Shown piece after piece: positions 12,269-25,561 of a DNA stretch of 54,839 bases (the first letter of the stretch is position 1; every line of letters starts with the position of its first letter). The stretch covers positions 1 through 54,839 of the forward strand of contig MCFE01000595.1 in NCBI GenBank assembly GCA_002104905.1, given 5' to 3'. Below the pieces are notes generated by a model. The model ran no database searches. It was not told the origin of the DNA and saw only the letters and a list, made by a program, of their open reading frames with translations. Source of the stretch: Basidiobolus meristosporus CBS 931.73. Its lineage: Eukaryota > Fungi > Basidiobolomycota. The position numbers and the translations under genes were made by a program.

Positions 12269-14560
12269 TCAGACTTGAAGTTTCGAAATACCTTGGGTAA
12301 TACCGGACTCCCGACCGGCGTAATGAATGACGAACGCGTACTCCAGGGCCTTGTCTTTGAGATAATCGTAACGCCCGGAGAGGCCGAAATGGCCGGAGCC
12401 CATGCTGGTCTTGTTTAGGATCACTCGTCGGTCGGCGTCCCCTTCTGGCCCCTCAGCTCCGTATTCACGCAACTTGGCGGCCCACTTGGCCGGCTCCCAG
12501 TAAGAGACACGTGGGTCGTTGAGGCCGGCGCGGATCAGAATGTTGGGGGTCTTGGTGTCGCGGGCGATGTTGTCGTACGGAGAGTACGAGAGCATGTAGT
12601 CAAACACCTCCTCCTTCTCGGGGTTCCCCCACTCTTCGTACTCGTTGATGGTCAGGGGTATGCTAGCATCCATCATGGTATTAATCACGTCGACGAAGGG
12701 GACGCCCGCGATGGCCGCCCGGAACAGGTCGGGTCGAAGGTTGATGACCCCTCCCATCAGCATACCTCCAGCGCTTCTCCCCTCGATGGCGAGGTGGTCG
12801 GGGCTGGTGTACTTCTGCTCGATGAGGGCCTCCGCGCAGGCCACGAAGTCGTGGAAGGTGTTCTTCTTGTGCATGAACTTGCCCTCCACCTCATACCACT
12901 GACGGCCCATCTCGGAACCACCACGGATGTGCGCGATGGCATAGACGAATCCCCGATCTACGTAGCTGAAGATGGGCGACTTGAAGTCCGGGTCCATGGA
13001 TAAGCCGTAGGAGCCGTATCCGTAGAGCATGCATGGGTTACTTCCATCCCCCTTGAACAGGGAGCGTTTGTAGACGATGGAGACCGGGACATGTAGGTTC
13101 TTTCCGGGCGAGGCAGTGGATGGGACTGGGACGTAGATACGCTTGGTGACGTACTCGCTGCTGTTGAATCCACCCAGAACCTCAGTCTCTTTGAGGAGAT
13201 TCTGTTTACGGGAGGAAAGGTCGTAGTCGAATGTCCGCTCAGGCGTGATCATGGTGGAGTAGGTGAAGCGAAGGATACTGTCCTGGTACTGCGAGTGCCT
13301 GTAGTCCCCGTGGACGGTGTAAACATCCTGCTCGAACTCAAGGTAATGCTGGTCTTTAACCTGTACGTCCGATCCGGTCTCAACATCCAGGACACGAATT
13401 CTGGTCAACCCATTGGACCGCTCCAACAACGACAGCCCCTTCGCCAAAGGTATGATCTCTTCGATGAAGGCGTCCTCGCTGTAGGCTAGCAAGGGTCGCC
13501 AATTCTCGGCAGACGTGCTTCCCAGAGTACACCAGCACAACAGGTTGTTCAGGTACCGCTGGTCCTCTTTCTGGTTGGTTAGCACGGCGAATTTGTCGCC
13601 GGCGATATGGTCGACATTATAGAGCACGTCGAACCTCCGCTCCTGGAACAGGGTCGGCTTGCTGGCCACTTTGTCCGCACTCAGGTAGTGGATCTCGCTG
13701 GTTTGAGAGCTGGAGGCTTCGATGAAGATGTAATTCGAGCTGGAGCTCTTGCTGATACTCACCTCGAACTTCTGGTCTGGTTCGCTGAATACCACCTTGT
13801 CCTCTTTGTAGGACTGGCCGACCAGATGCTGACGAACCTCATAAGAACGGAGGATGTCGTCGAGAACGGTGTAGTAGACGGTTTTGTTGTCGTTGGCCCA
13901 CACGATCGAATAATAGGCTTCGGGGACAGAGAGCTCAGGCTCAGAAAGGATCTCTCCGCTCTCCAGGTTCTTGAAGTAGATGGTGAATTTTTCGGCCCCG
14001 GTGGTGTCTAAGGAATACGCCAACCATTTGTTGTCTGGGCTGGGGCTGAACTTGCCAAGAACAATTTGCTTCTCGTCGAACTGGTTCAAATCCAACAGGA
14101 CCTCCTCTTTGTCGGTGCCGACCCGGCGACGGCACTGAATGGAATATTGCAGTCCCTCCTCAGTACGTGAATAGTACTCGTATTCGCCACGGCGATAAGG
14201 TACACTCATATCGGTCTCCTTGATGCGGGCAACCATCTCGTGGTAGATTTCGTCGCGCAGCTCGGAGGTCACTTCAAGAACCTTGTCAGCATAATCGTTC
14301 TCTTTGTTGAGATACTCCAAGATCTTTGGGTTTTTCTTGGAGTTCATGTCTTTCAGCCAGTGGTAGTTGTCGAGGAATTTCCTTCCGTGGTATTCGTGGT
14401 AGAGCTCCTCTTTAGGAGTCACCGGAGCTTTCAGGCCTGTGGACATGTTCAGGATTTGAATAGTGGCTAACCGAAATGAGTTGCAGAGAAGTCGTTTGAT
14501 AGGTGAGACTCTCTGGAAGTGTGGATATGGAAGCTTGCGTACTAGGTACGACATGTTCAC
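12269..14560 (-). CDS. ptrB: Oligopeptidase B (protease II, peptidase S9A), intronless; second in-frame ATG at 14446
   Basis: Uninterrupted 763-aa ORF; DNYHWL N-terminus, YGYGSYG, HIRGG, catalytic GRSAGG, NDPRV and SGHFG, NEYEEWGNP. Confidence 0.92.
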   Translation of the reverse strand: MNMSYLVRKLPYPHFQRVSPIKRLLCNSFRLATIQILNMSTGLKAPVTPKEELYHEYHGRKFLDNYHWLKDMNSKKNPKILEYLNKENDYADKVLEVTSELRDEIYHEMVARIKETDMSVPYRRGEYEYYSRTEEGLQYSIQCRRRVGTDKEEVLLDLNQFDEKQIVLGKFSPSPDNKWLAYSLDTTGAEKFTIYFKNLESGEILSEPELSVPEAYYSIVWANDNKTVYYTVLDDILRSYEVRQHLVGQSYKEDKVVFSEPDQKFEVSISKSSSSNYIFIEASSSQTSEIHYLSADKVASKPTLFQERRFDVLYNVDHIAGDKFAVLTNQKEDQRYLNNLLCWCTLGSTSAENWRPLLAYSEDAFIEEIIPLAKGLSLLERSNGLTRIRVLDVETGSDVQVKDQHYLEFEQDVYTVHGDYRHSQYQDSILRFTYSTMITPERTFDYDLSSRKQNLLKETEVLGGFNSSEYVTKRIYVPVPSTASPGKNLHVPVSIVYKRSLFKGDGSNPCMLYGYGSYGLSMDPDFKSPIFSYVDRGFVYAIAHIRGGSEMGRQWYEVEGKFMHKKNTFHDFVACAEALIEQKYTSPDHLAIEGRSAGGMLMGGVINLRPDLFRAAIAGVPFVDVINTMMDASIPLTINEYEEWGNPEKEEVFDYMLSYSPYDNIARDTKTPNILIRAGLNDPRVSYWEPAKWAAKLREYGAEGPEGDADRRVILNKTSMGSGHFGLSGRYDYLKDKALEYAFVIHYAGRESGITQGISKLQV

Positions 14561-14903
14561 TGGGCATGCAGATATACCGCATTTCCATTTTTTACCCTGA
14601 TGAGGTTGCGTGGCGCGGTTTCAATCAGGTTGCTTAACATCCGGAGTTTAACGCAAAATGCTAGTTTTATTTTTTTTTAAACAGTTTGGTGACTCGTCAA
14701 CATATACGTCGTATGTTTAGAAATTGATCGTGGGGAGCTAAAACGAAATGAATACACAAAATAAAGACCATACTGTCGGCCTTACAGAAGAGAATCTTGT
14801 CGACTGACTGAATTGACATGGGAGTTTAGACTATTTTGATGAAGGTTGCTACTTGCTGTGAAGAATGAGATTATAATTAAGGAAAGGGCAGTGTAGCCAG
14901 GGT

Positions 14904-17900
14904 CTACCACCGTCTATTTTGATTGTTGTACGAACCACGGGAGCCACCTCTACCTCGATTTACAACAGGATACCATCCTTGGTCACCCCCAGATTGGTAA
15001 CGGTCGTTGTGATGTCTAGGTGGCCGGGAATCATATGGCTGGGAACGATATCCACCATCGGATCGACCATTGCTATAGCCGCCACGATAGTTGCTGTTAT
15101 TGCTACGATGGCTACGTCCCCCATTGTTGTAATGGTCATAATGGTGATCTCTGGAGTCGTTATAATCATTGTATCCCCCTTGATAGCTGTTGCCATATCC
15201 TCCTTGATAGCCTCCACGTCCACCACGACCACGGGATCCGCCGCGGGAGCCTCCACGCCCACGTCCACGGCCACCATAATTGTCGTACGAGTCATGACTG
15301 TTATAACTGTCGTAACTATCATAGCCGCCACCCCCGTACTCATTGTAGCTGTTTTGTTGCTGTCCATATGATCCATTATTGTTGTAGTGAGGCGACCAAT
15401 TCTGAGAGTTATCATGGCGCCCATAACCGCCACGACCTCTTCCCCTGCCTCTGCCGCGTTGACTGGCTCCAGAACGAACGTAGTCATAGTCAGCTGGGCC
15501 TAGGACACGGGGTGGAAGCTTAACTCCAGGTAGAAGACAACCTAATCTAGAATCACCGTGTTTAGGTAATCTAGGGAGGAAGTAATAAACACTGTTTCGC
15601 AGAAAGTTAGAGCCAAGGTTTTCTTAAATGCAATGGTGGTTATGCGACTCTATACCTGATGGACTTGTCGCTTGGGATATCGGGTAGCCCTTGTTCAAGG
15701 AGAGGCGAAGCGAATGTGGTGTGAGGAACACAGTTAGGATCTGGTGCTACATTTCCAGCCAGACTATTGCTTAATTTCGTATCCAGAGGCACATTCTGGA
15801 AATTCGAAACTCCTGGTGAGTATTAATTGAACTGATGATAGATAGGTGTTCTCCTTACCTGAGTCAAATCTCGAGTGCTATAGAGAGCGCACAAGAATTC
15901 GTACAGCGGATTGTCTTGTCCAACAAAGAGAACTTCACAGCCACGCGCATTTCTAACCGACTCCTCTTCAGTAAGCTTCGGATACACCTTATTGATGGCA
16001 GTCAGAAGTCGACCCTCTTCGATGAAAGGTAGCAGCGCGACACCTAGCCATGCTTGCTTTTTACCATTCATGTCCACTTCAAAGTCTTCTGGATAAAAAT
16101 CAATGATTTCCGACTCATCATTGGTCATAAGTTCGTGGAAGGGCGTGGGCAAATGGGCTTTACTGGCAGCTGGTAACACCCCCATCAATTGCTCGTAAGG
16201 CTTGAACGGTGTACCTAGCTCAAATTTGATGTCCAAACTACCAATATCTACAAAGTCGGAGGCAAACGGGGCAAAGTGGAACGGGTAGAACCATTTCCAA
16301 GATGGACATCCAAGATAGTAATACTCCAGAACCCAAGACAGTCCTTCGACGTAGGACCGAACTACCTGTCGACGGAATTCGTAGTCATCTAGCTCCACAC
16401 CAAATTTATTTCTGTAATAGCGCTCTTTGAACCCAGGCTCCCATAGCTTAACGTCATCGTGGGGTTCATCATCGTCTACGTTGGCTGGGACTTGTTGTTT
16501 GGGTGGTTCGCTCTTCGTCAGCTCCTCAACCTTTCTTTTTACTGGGACAACACTGGACATCATTACTTCCTCCTCTTCTTCTTCAACAAAGGAACCATTG
16601 TCAGTTGTATCAGCAGCTTCTGATTGTGCGGTTTCGCTGGGAGAATCCTTGCTGCCAAGACCAATCTCTGCTTTGAGCATTTGTGCAGCATTGAGGTTTG
16701 CACTGTGAATATTGGAGTTCGAAGCTTGGGAAACCTCAGGTGGAGCGTCATAACTGGCATGCTGCTGCTCTCTAGCCTGTTGTTGCAACTTTCTCCTCTT
16801 GTTGTTCCTAGCAAATCTCTCCTCCTTCTCACGTCTCTTTTGGAAGGTCATTTCCTCCAGTTTACCCAATTCGCCCATGACCAATTGAGCTCTTTCAAGG
16901 TCAACAGCACCACCGTTGGTTAGATAACCACCCATTGTGCTAAGGTTTCGCTTCCAGATATCGATCAAGTCATCCAAAGCACCTTCACGAATCTCAAGGG
17001 ATGGCAAATGGGGCAGGAAATCGTTTCCTACGAAGAAACATAAAAACACCCAGTCATCAATGGCCCTTTCAAGGTCGAACTGGAAGTCGGCACTCTCATG
17101 TCGAAGTTCAGCATCCAAATACTCGCGAAGGATGTTCACGTGCAAAAATACAAACGGTTTGTCAACTTGCTCTTTGGGTGCTTTCTCGTCGAACTCTCCT
17201 TGTTTGACTCTTGCTTGACCTACGAAACAGGAAAACGCCAATGAGTAATCAGAAAATCTAAAACTTAAGCCATAGCCTTGCGTACCTGTACATTGATCAG
17301 CCTTATGGCCTGGTTGCTTGCAAATATGGCAAGTGGACTTTGATCCTTCATTGAAGAACACATCTTCTCTGAGCACCTTGAAATAGGGCTCATGAGTAGC
17401 CAACGCTAACATGATGAGATCAGCATCCTAGTAGGTGACAGGATTACATGAGTCTCATAAACGTCAAGAAATAAAAACTGCTGCTCTTACCAATCCATAC
17501 AAGACGTGCTTGGTGTTAGGATCGTGATCAGGAGAGGTGCGTTGGCCTCTGATGAAGTCCATGATTTTGTGTTCACCTTCACCAGGAACGCTAGCATCGG
17601 AAATAATAATTTTGAGCTACCGATAGATGTTAATACATTGGCACGTTACAAAGAGCATACAAAGCGCGTACATTTTTCCAGCTGGGGTCGTTATTAAGTC
17701 GACTGGCGACGTAGTAACGGAGAGAGTTGGCTAGATTTTCCATGAAGGGTGTGCCTATGTACATGAAGGATGAGTCATCGGATAACCCTAGAAGCCTGTC
17801 ACATTAGGGATCGTAAACAAACCTGGAGTAATACAATTGGAATCAAAGTGAGACTTCTTTTCTGGCAGATCATCTTCTTTCAGTTGGCCCTTGGCTGCCA

Positions 17901-18810
17901 AATATCAAGGTATGGATGTGAGTTACAACCGAAATATCCAGTTGAAATTATAACGGTACCTAGTAGCTCATCCACAGTTTTCTTCTCTGCTTCAGCTTTG
18001 TCTCTTGAATCTTTGGCGGTACGGAAACGTCTAGATCTTTGCTGATTCATCTTGGCACGTGGAGCGACACCATCTGCAAACAAGGCGAAGTAGTTAGACC
18101 TATCGCAATAAGAAAACACCGTACTGAAAAGCAAGAATCTGCTAATAGAGCAGCCGTCTCAGTGACCATCGTAATAAAGAGGGCTATCCTTCGCTTTTTG
18201 TATGAGAAATCGAATTCCTCGAAACACTCATTTGTCCGAAAAGAATCCATTTTCTAGCCAGACAATAAAATGAGGCTGTATAGGAAAGAATATACCCAGC
18301 TTTTACACACGAGGTCACTGGATACCTTTCTACTCATGAACCATGACATAGGAAATTGCAAAGTAAGTACACGTACCAATGGCCATAAATAGAACTTTTC
18401 TTGGTCGAATCATGCCCATGATACGATCAAGATACTTAAATACTTCTACCATCATCTCCGCTTCAGTTTCGGGAGCAGGCTTAAGTACCAACAACAAACC
18501 AACATAAGAAACGAAATGGAAAATATCAAAACAAACGAAAATGTGGGTTAGATCTTGATGAATAACAGGTACAAAAGGACATTCTTAGTTTGTAAATGGC
18601 AATTACTTTGTTTTCGGGATGACAACACGGATGTACAATGCCGTTCATATCTAAGTAAAGATTATCAAACTCAACTCCGTTCGGATTTGGCTTTGAAATA
18701 TCTACAGGTATTTTAATCCCATTGATCTCTTGTGGTTGTTCTTCCACGACTTGATCAGAAATTTTGGGGTATTTGTTTGACAACCAACGAAATAACGCGG
18801 GAACTCCCAT
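14904..18810 (-). CDS. XRN2: 5'-3' exoribonuclease 2 (XRN2/Rat1), multi-exon; last exon 15591-14904 encodes an RGG/Tyr-Gly-Asn-rich tail
   Basis: [79 protein letters not shown]; final exons reconstructed by hand ([21 protein letters not shown]...NRRW stop). Confidence 0.92.
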
Positions 18811-19413
18811 TTTGCATAGGGTTTAGTACAGCAGACAACAAGCGTTAGAGTAAATAAGGGCTCAAGAAGGCAACAACTTCACTCCTTACAAATTAAAGGT
18901 TTGAAAATCAGGAAAATGCGGCTTCATGCAAAAAAAATACCACCAAAATATGCGGTCCCATTTGGTTTTTTTTCTTTATGAAACTTTTATACATGTATGT
19001 TTTAACCTCTGTCTACTGGCATAAATCCGTCAATGTATGCTTTAATCTGAAAGCACATCTAACGAGGATTGCGGTACGATGCGATGACTAATTGACACCT
19101 TGAATGGTGTAAATGAACATTTGACTCGGTTTGATTTTAATGGATTTGAAATATTTGTTGCTAATTGAGGTGCAAATAAACCAGCTCAGATAGACAGTGC
19201 ACAGGGTGGTAAAGACGGCACTTTAGCTGCAGCATCCCTCCATCTCCCAAAGAAGCGGAGGAAATCTATCAGCACATGTTATCATTCTTCAGCACTGGTT
19301 TAGTTGTGGTAAGGAATCACAGAGGCTATGGTTGGGATTATAAGTATGTCTCGAATTCAGATAATATTGTGGGTTTGAGGTAATTGAGCGCTACAGTAAA
19401 ATTTTGGACACTG

Positions 19414-20097
19414 TCAGCTCATGGCCCAGGCATTTTCTTTTTTTATCTGCTCTTTCTCTTCCTCGGTTAAGTCGTCCTCGAGTCTAAATATCTCTCTGAT
19501 TTGCTCAGGCGTCTTTCCTGTAAATGATCAATGTTAGCATAAATCCAGGCAGCAGTCTTCGCCATACCTCTGATGATGTTTGCGATTATTTTGCAGCCCA
19601 CCTCCCTAGGATGCAATAATCTAGGTTAATATGCCACGAGTGGTAGAAAATGGCTACCTACAGCAAGAGCTTGATATCCAAGTAATTGGCAGCCTTAAAT
19701 GACATGATTAGGGTACTGATGAAGTCGATTCAGCTAATGCATAAACTATCTACCATGACAATGGCAAAGAGTAGCTTGGAGTCCACTAAGGCGAATTCCC
19801 TATCCCAGTCGTCCATTTCTGTACAGACCACCTCATCTATCTCCTCACCCAAGTCATTTCTATGGTGCTCGCAAAACTCCAGGACCTTTTATGGCAAACG
19901 GATTAATTTAGTAATTCCTGGATACGAACACGAGCCCAAGCGACCTTCTTCAAAACTTCCCCAGTAACATTGGGTAGGGGAATTGGCAGCTCCGTTTCAC
20001 CAACATCCTCAAGCATATTGCTGATAAGTAATGAGTGCTTCACTACCTCTTTGTCAACCTGGAACACCTGTGAATCACAACTTTTCAAAATCACCAT
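19414..20097 (-). CDS. SKP1: Skp1-family protein, multi-exon, divergent
   Basis: [67 protein letters not shown]. Confidence 0.8.
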
Positions 20098-20709
20098 TTG
20101 TAGGAGGTTTGTGAAATTGGGGTTACGAATCGACACCGCTTATATGTGTATATGTATATATATATATGCAAGGAAATAAAACCACCCTCCGATAAAAACT
20201 AATGTCCGATATGGCCTGTATCGCATTCTCCGACGCACCTCGGGCGATGCCTAGTTACCTGCTGCTCTCGGCTTTGTCCACAAGTGCTGTTGCTATATGT
20301 GGTTAAAGGTATTTTTAGATTCGATTCTGTGAAAGTTGGGCTAGAAGATTTCTACTGATCGGTTTCCCCAGAGTTGCTAAACTGATACAGCATATCGATC
20401 AACTAGTAATCCCAATGCTTTCCTAAATTGCACAAAATCTGGATCAAACGCCTCACCACGTGATTTGCCGTTCTGAACTTCGCTCGATAATATATACACA
20501 TTTGTTTCGTGTAATGTTCTTTTTTTCTGAAGATCATTCACATTTCCTTCATCTCCCTATTTTCTTTATAATCCTTCGCTGGGCATTGTTTTCTCTCCTT
20601 ACAACCAGTCACTTTGTTTGTAAACGTCTTATTTTTGTACACATTTTCTTAGAAATACCCTTAGCATTTTCCTTTCCCCATTATTCACTGTCGCTAAATT
20701 CCTTCCAAT

Positions 20710-21624
20710 ATGGGCTGCTGCGCTTCTCAACCTGCCGACGATGAGGTTCACAATAATCCAGATAGAATAATACCAGAAGCTGGTTTGTTCCCAACTAGTA
20801 TGGTTTGTCCGATGCTTCGCCTTGCTAACTTTCTATTTGTGAATAGGGAACAAGCCTCTAAGAAAGAAAGTTATCACCTGGACTTCCGAGACACCAATCA
20901 CCGCCACACAGCTCCAGAGCCAACGAGACGGCTTCTGGGACACTGCACCGACATACGAAGTTTGTATTTTCAATATGTCATTTACAGGTCGAACGTCGTA
21001 TTCAATCAAACATTTTAGGGACGCCGTGAAATCTGGGAGCGCCTTCGTGCTGCGTGTGAAACCAGCGATCTTGTTCACGCACAAGCGATTGTCAATGAAT
21101 TGCATTTATCAGTTCCTACTGGCCATTTGTCCGATGGTTGCTATGACGAGCTCGGAAATCGTTATATTGTTCCACAGTACTGCTTTTCTGACCCTACCAA
21201 TCTTATCACCGCAAGCTCCGAGTCCAGCACAAAGTTAACTATTGAACCTCCTGCACCCGAATACGAGCTAGAAGACAAAAAGGTCAACCCCTATGAAGAA
21301 GTCTCCGATACATCCAAGCCCCAAGCAATCCCAGCAATTACAGTAACTGAACACCCACCTGAACCGGAAAAAGAAGCATTTGGTGAGGGAACTCAAGAAC
21401 TAACGGTTAGACTGAGTACTGGTAAAGATGTCCGCATCAAAGTCAACCCAACCGAAGACCTGAATTGCGTCAAAACCAAAGTCTGCGCTGCGGAGAATGT
21501 CGAGCCTAGCACCGTCAACATGAGATTCATTTATCTGGGAAAAATTGTTGATCAAAACGTGACTATTGAAGCAACTAAGGTCCCAGTAGGCGGTATTATA
21601 CAAGCTTTGGTTGTGCTAGTATAG
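20710..21624 (+). CDS. UBTD1/2 (DC-UbP)-like ubiquitin-domain protein with MGCC lipidation-type N-terminus
   Basis: Exon 2 reads NKPLRKK..RDGFWDTAPTYEG then EIWERL; CYDELGNRYIVPQYCFSDPTNL; C-terminal ubiquitin-like domain (VRLSTGKD..RFIYLGK). Confidence 0.85.
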
Positions 21625-22351
21625 CAATCCCCCAATCCTGTTTAACATTCAGCTATCCTGCCTTCACCATGGATACCTCCGCAATGTACATTGTCTTGAA
21701 GACTTCCGCACTCTGCTGCTTGGAATCCATATCATTTTGAAAACTAGCCAGCGCTACGTCCCGTGATATTTCAGTGACCATCATAAATTATTTTTATATC
21801 TTCTCCCAGGCTACCACGCCTCCGTCTTTCTGTAGTTGGTGTGCATGACCACTGAATGCCAGCTTGCCAGAGAGCATACAAATGTCGAATATTGTTCATC
21901 TTGCAGTTATTTGTAATTAAAAAATCGATTTGCGCTAAATTGAGCCATCAACTCAACTCTTGCAGCTCTGGCTGATTGTAATCAATTAAACATCGCAATT
22001 CACAGTTTTGTCATCGCATTCTGAGAGTTCGTCATGTTATTCTCCAATGTCGATTATATTTTTGAAAAAATGAATACGCAATATTTCATGGATGGAGATT
22101 GCGAATGCAGTTGGGTGATGATTACCGGCTACGTAATCCATCCAAAAAACCTACCTCACCATAGAGAAAGAGCCGCGTTTGCTGACTTCTTGTGATAAAG
22201 TTTTTAATTGTATTTTTGCTGGTGTTATTTTAAACAACGGCTCAAATAGTACACTGGTTCTACATTCCTTAAACTTGACATCCAACCTTGACTTCTGAGA
22301 CTTTTTATACTCGAAACCACCTTCTTTTCTCCCACATAACTCCCTTTAATT

Positions 22352-25300
22352 ATGTCTGCATTGACTTCTGCAAGTACGTATTTCCACCAAACCCATATCA
22401 CCAAGTCATTTCCATAGTAACTATTTACTCTTGTATAGGTGGTGTTATATCTCTTCTTGATGAAACCGAGGAATTGCAAGTATACGCCCTAAGGAAACTT
22501 GACACAATTGTTGATCAGTTTTGGGCGGAAATTGCCGATGCTGTTTCGAAAATGTAAGATCCCGTCGGAGGCGTATTATCCCACCCAAATCCATTGTACT
22601 AACTCGATATTAAGCGAAATCTTGTTTGAAGATGAAGATTTCAAATATCGCCAACTTGCAGCCCTAGTAGCTTCAAAGGTAGCTTTATTTAGCTCGATGG
22701 AGGCTCTGGTTTGCCTTTCCTAAACTGTCTTGAATACAGGTTTACTATCATCTTGGAGAGTTTGACGATTCACTTACCTTTGCCCTGGGTGCTGGGGACC
22801 TTTTTGATATCTCATCAAAGACACAATACGTGGAAACCATTATTGGTATATATCTACAGTGCGCACATGTCATTGATTCCATCCCATTTACCGTCTGTTC
22901 TTATTTTCAGCTAAATGTATCGACAAATACATCACCCTTCGCGTACAGCAGCACGATGATCCTAGCAACCCCGTAGAAATTGACCCTAGACTTCAAAACG
23001 TCGTCGAGAAGATGTTCCATCGTTGCTTTGACGACCAAGAGTATAAGCAGGTAATGTGATAAACGGTTTGCAACAGGCAGTGTCATGTGACTCACCCGCA
23101 CTGTGCAGGCAATCGGTGTTTCATTAGAGTCCCGCCGACTAGACATACTCGAGGAGGCAATTAACAAGGGGGATGCCCATGAGCTTCTTCCGTATGTTCT
23201 TGATATCTCGATGACTTTGGTCCAAAACCTCGAGTTCCGCAACAAGGTGTTGCGCCTCCTGGTCAAACTCTATCAGAATTTGAACGAGCCTGATTACGTT
23301 TCCATCTGCCAATGCTTGGTTCACCTTAACGACCCGAAATCTAGCGCTCAACTTCTCCGCGAGTTGGCCGAAAAGGACGATGTATGTTCAGTGCAATCCT
23401 TCCATCTGCGATGGTTTTGCTGACCGTGCTTGCATTGCTGTAGGATCACCTGCTGATGGCTTACCAGATCGCCTTTGATCTCGAGGAGAATGCTACCCAA
23501 GACTTCTTGCGCCAAGTCGCCAGCGCACTCCCACAAGATGAGCCCGAACCAGCCGCTGGTGGCCAAAGTGACAATAGCATGGATGTTGATGAGAAGGCCA
23601 ACCTTCTTAGCGTGCCAACCGTGTACAAAAACATCCGCACCATTCTCGCTGGTGAACAGTCCATCAAGCTTCACCTGGAATTCTTGTTCCGCAACAACCA
23701 CACGGATTTGCTTATTTTGAAGAACACCAAGAACTCTCTTGAATCTCGCAACTCCATGTACCATTCTGCTGTCACCTTCTCCAATGCGTTCATGCATGCA
23801 GGTACCACTGTCGATGAGTTCCTGAGACAAAACCTAGAATGGCTTTCCCGTGCATCCAACTGGTCCAAGTTCAGTGCCACTGCAGGCTTGGGTGTTATTC
23901 ACAAGGGCCATATTAGCCAAGGTTTGGCATTATTGGCACCCTATCTCCCACAAGAGGGAGTTAGCGGCAGTGCCTATTCGGAGGGTGGCTCCTTATTTGC
24001 CCTTGGTTTGATTCACGCAAACCACGGCTCCAACGTATTGGAATACCTCACCAATGCTTTGAAGAACACACAAACTGAAGTTTTGCAACACGGTGCTTCT
24101 TTGGGTCTAGGTGTCGCTGGTATGGCCACCGCCAACGAGCAGATCTACGAAGATTTGAAGAATGTTTTGTTCAGCGATAGCGCTGTTGCTGGTGAAGCAG
24201 CTGGGCTCGCCATGGGTCTTGTTATGCTAGGCACTGCCTCTGAGAAGGCTTTGGATGAGATGCTGCAGTATGCACACGAAACTCAACACGAAAAGATCAT
24301 CCGTGGCTTGGCCATTGGTATGTCGCTCATCATGTATGGCAAGGAAGAGGAAGCCGACGGTTTAATCGAGCAGCTTACCCTTGATAAGGATTCTATTCTC
24401 CGTTATGGTGGAATTTACACCATTGCCATGGCTTACTGTGGTACTGGTAACAACCGTGCTATCAAGCGTTTGCTTCACGTCGCTGTTAGTGATGTCAACG
24501 ATGACGTTCGTCGCGCTGCTGTCACTGCTCTTGGTTTCTTGTTGTTCCGTACTCCACAACAGGTTCCTAGAATGGTCCAACTCTTGTCCGAAAGTTTCAA
24601 TCCCCATGTCCGTTACGGAGCTACATTAGCTCTCGGTATCTCCTGCGCCGGTACCGGATTGAGAGAAGCTATTGAACTCCTTGAACCCATGACCAAGGAT
24701 CCAGTTGACTACGTTCGTCAGGGTGCGCTCATCTCTTTGGCTATGATTCTCATCCAACAGAACGAGGCCACCAATCCCAAGGTCACCAGCATCCGCAAAC
24801 TGTTTGAGAAGATCATTGGAGATAAACACGAGGACGCAATGGCCAAGTTCGGTGCAGTCCTTGCCCAAGGTATCATCGACGCCGGTGGTCGCAATGTAAC
24901 AATCTCGTTGCAATCGCGCTCTGGCCACTCCAATATGTCAGCTATTGTAGGCATGGCCATCTTCACACAGTTCTGGTTCTGGTTCCCTCTTACACACTTC
25001 CTTTCACTTGCCTTCACACCAACCGGCTTGATCGGATTGAACAAGGATCTCCAAATCCCCAAGTTCCAATTTGTCTCCAATGCCAGACCCTCTTTGTTCG
25101 CCTACCCTGCTCCTACCAAGCCTGCTACCACCAGCGTAGTCGAGAAGGTGGCTACTGCTGTGCTCTCCACCACCGCTAAGGCCAAGGCACGTGCCAAGAA
25201 GAACGAAAAGGAAAAGGCTGCGTCTGAACCCGAGCTAATGGATACGGATGATAAAAAAGAGAAGGAAGAAAAGGAAGAAAAGAAACCACGCAAGAAGAAG

Positions 25301-25561
25301 GAAGAATCCTTTGAGGTGCTAGAGAATATGGCTCGCGTTGTTCCTTCTCAATTGAAGTATATCGCTTTCAAGGAGGATTCACGCTATACCCCACTAAAGA
25401 AGGGAGTCGTTGGTGGTATTGTCATGCTCAAGGATACCAACCCAGGGGCCGAAGAAGAATTGATGCAGCTCAGTGTTCCTACCGTCGAGGCTTCAGCAAC
25501 CACTGTTGATGAAGAAGAGGCAGCGCCACCAGAGCCTTTCGAATACCCCTTTGAGAACTAA
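22352..25561 (+). CDS. RPN2: 26S proteasome regulatory subunit RPN2/PSMD1, multi-exon
   Basis: MSALTSA|[17 protein letters not shown]; [19 protein letters not shown]; PC repeats; acidic C-terminus APPEPFEY. Confidence 0.95.

Noticed and set aside
14919-15523. Thr/Val/Ile-rich ORFs of 150, 175 and 167 aa
   Set aside because: Wrong-frame and antisense readings of the XRN2 low-complexity last exon.
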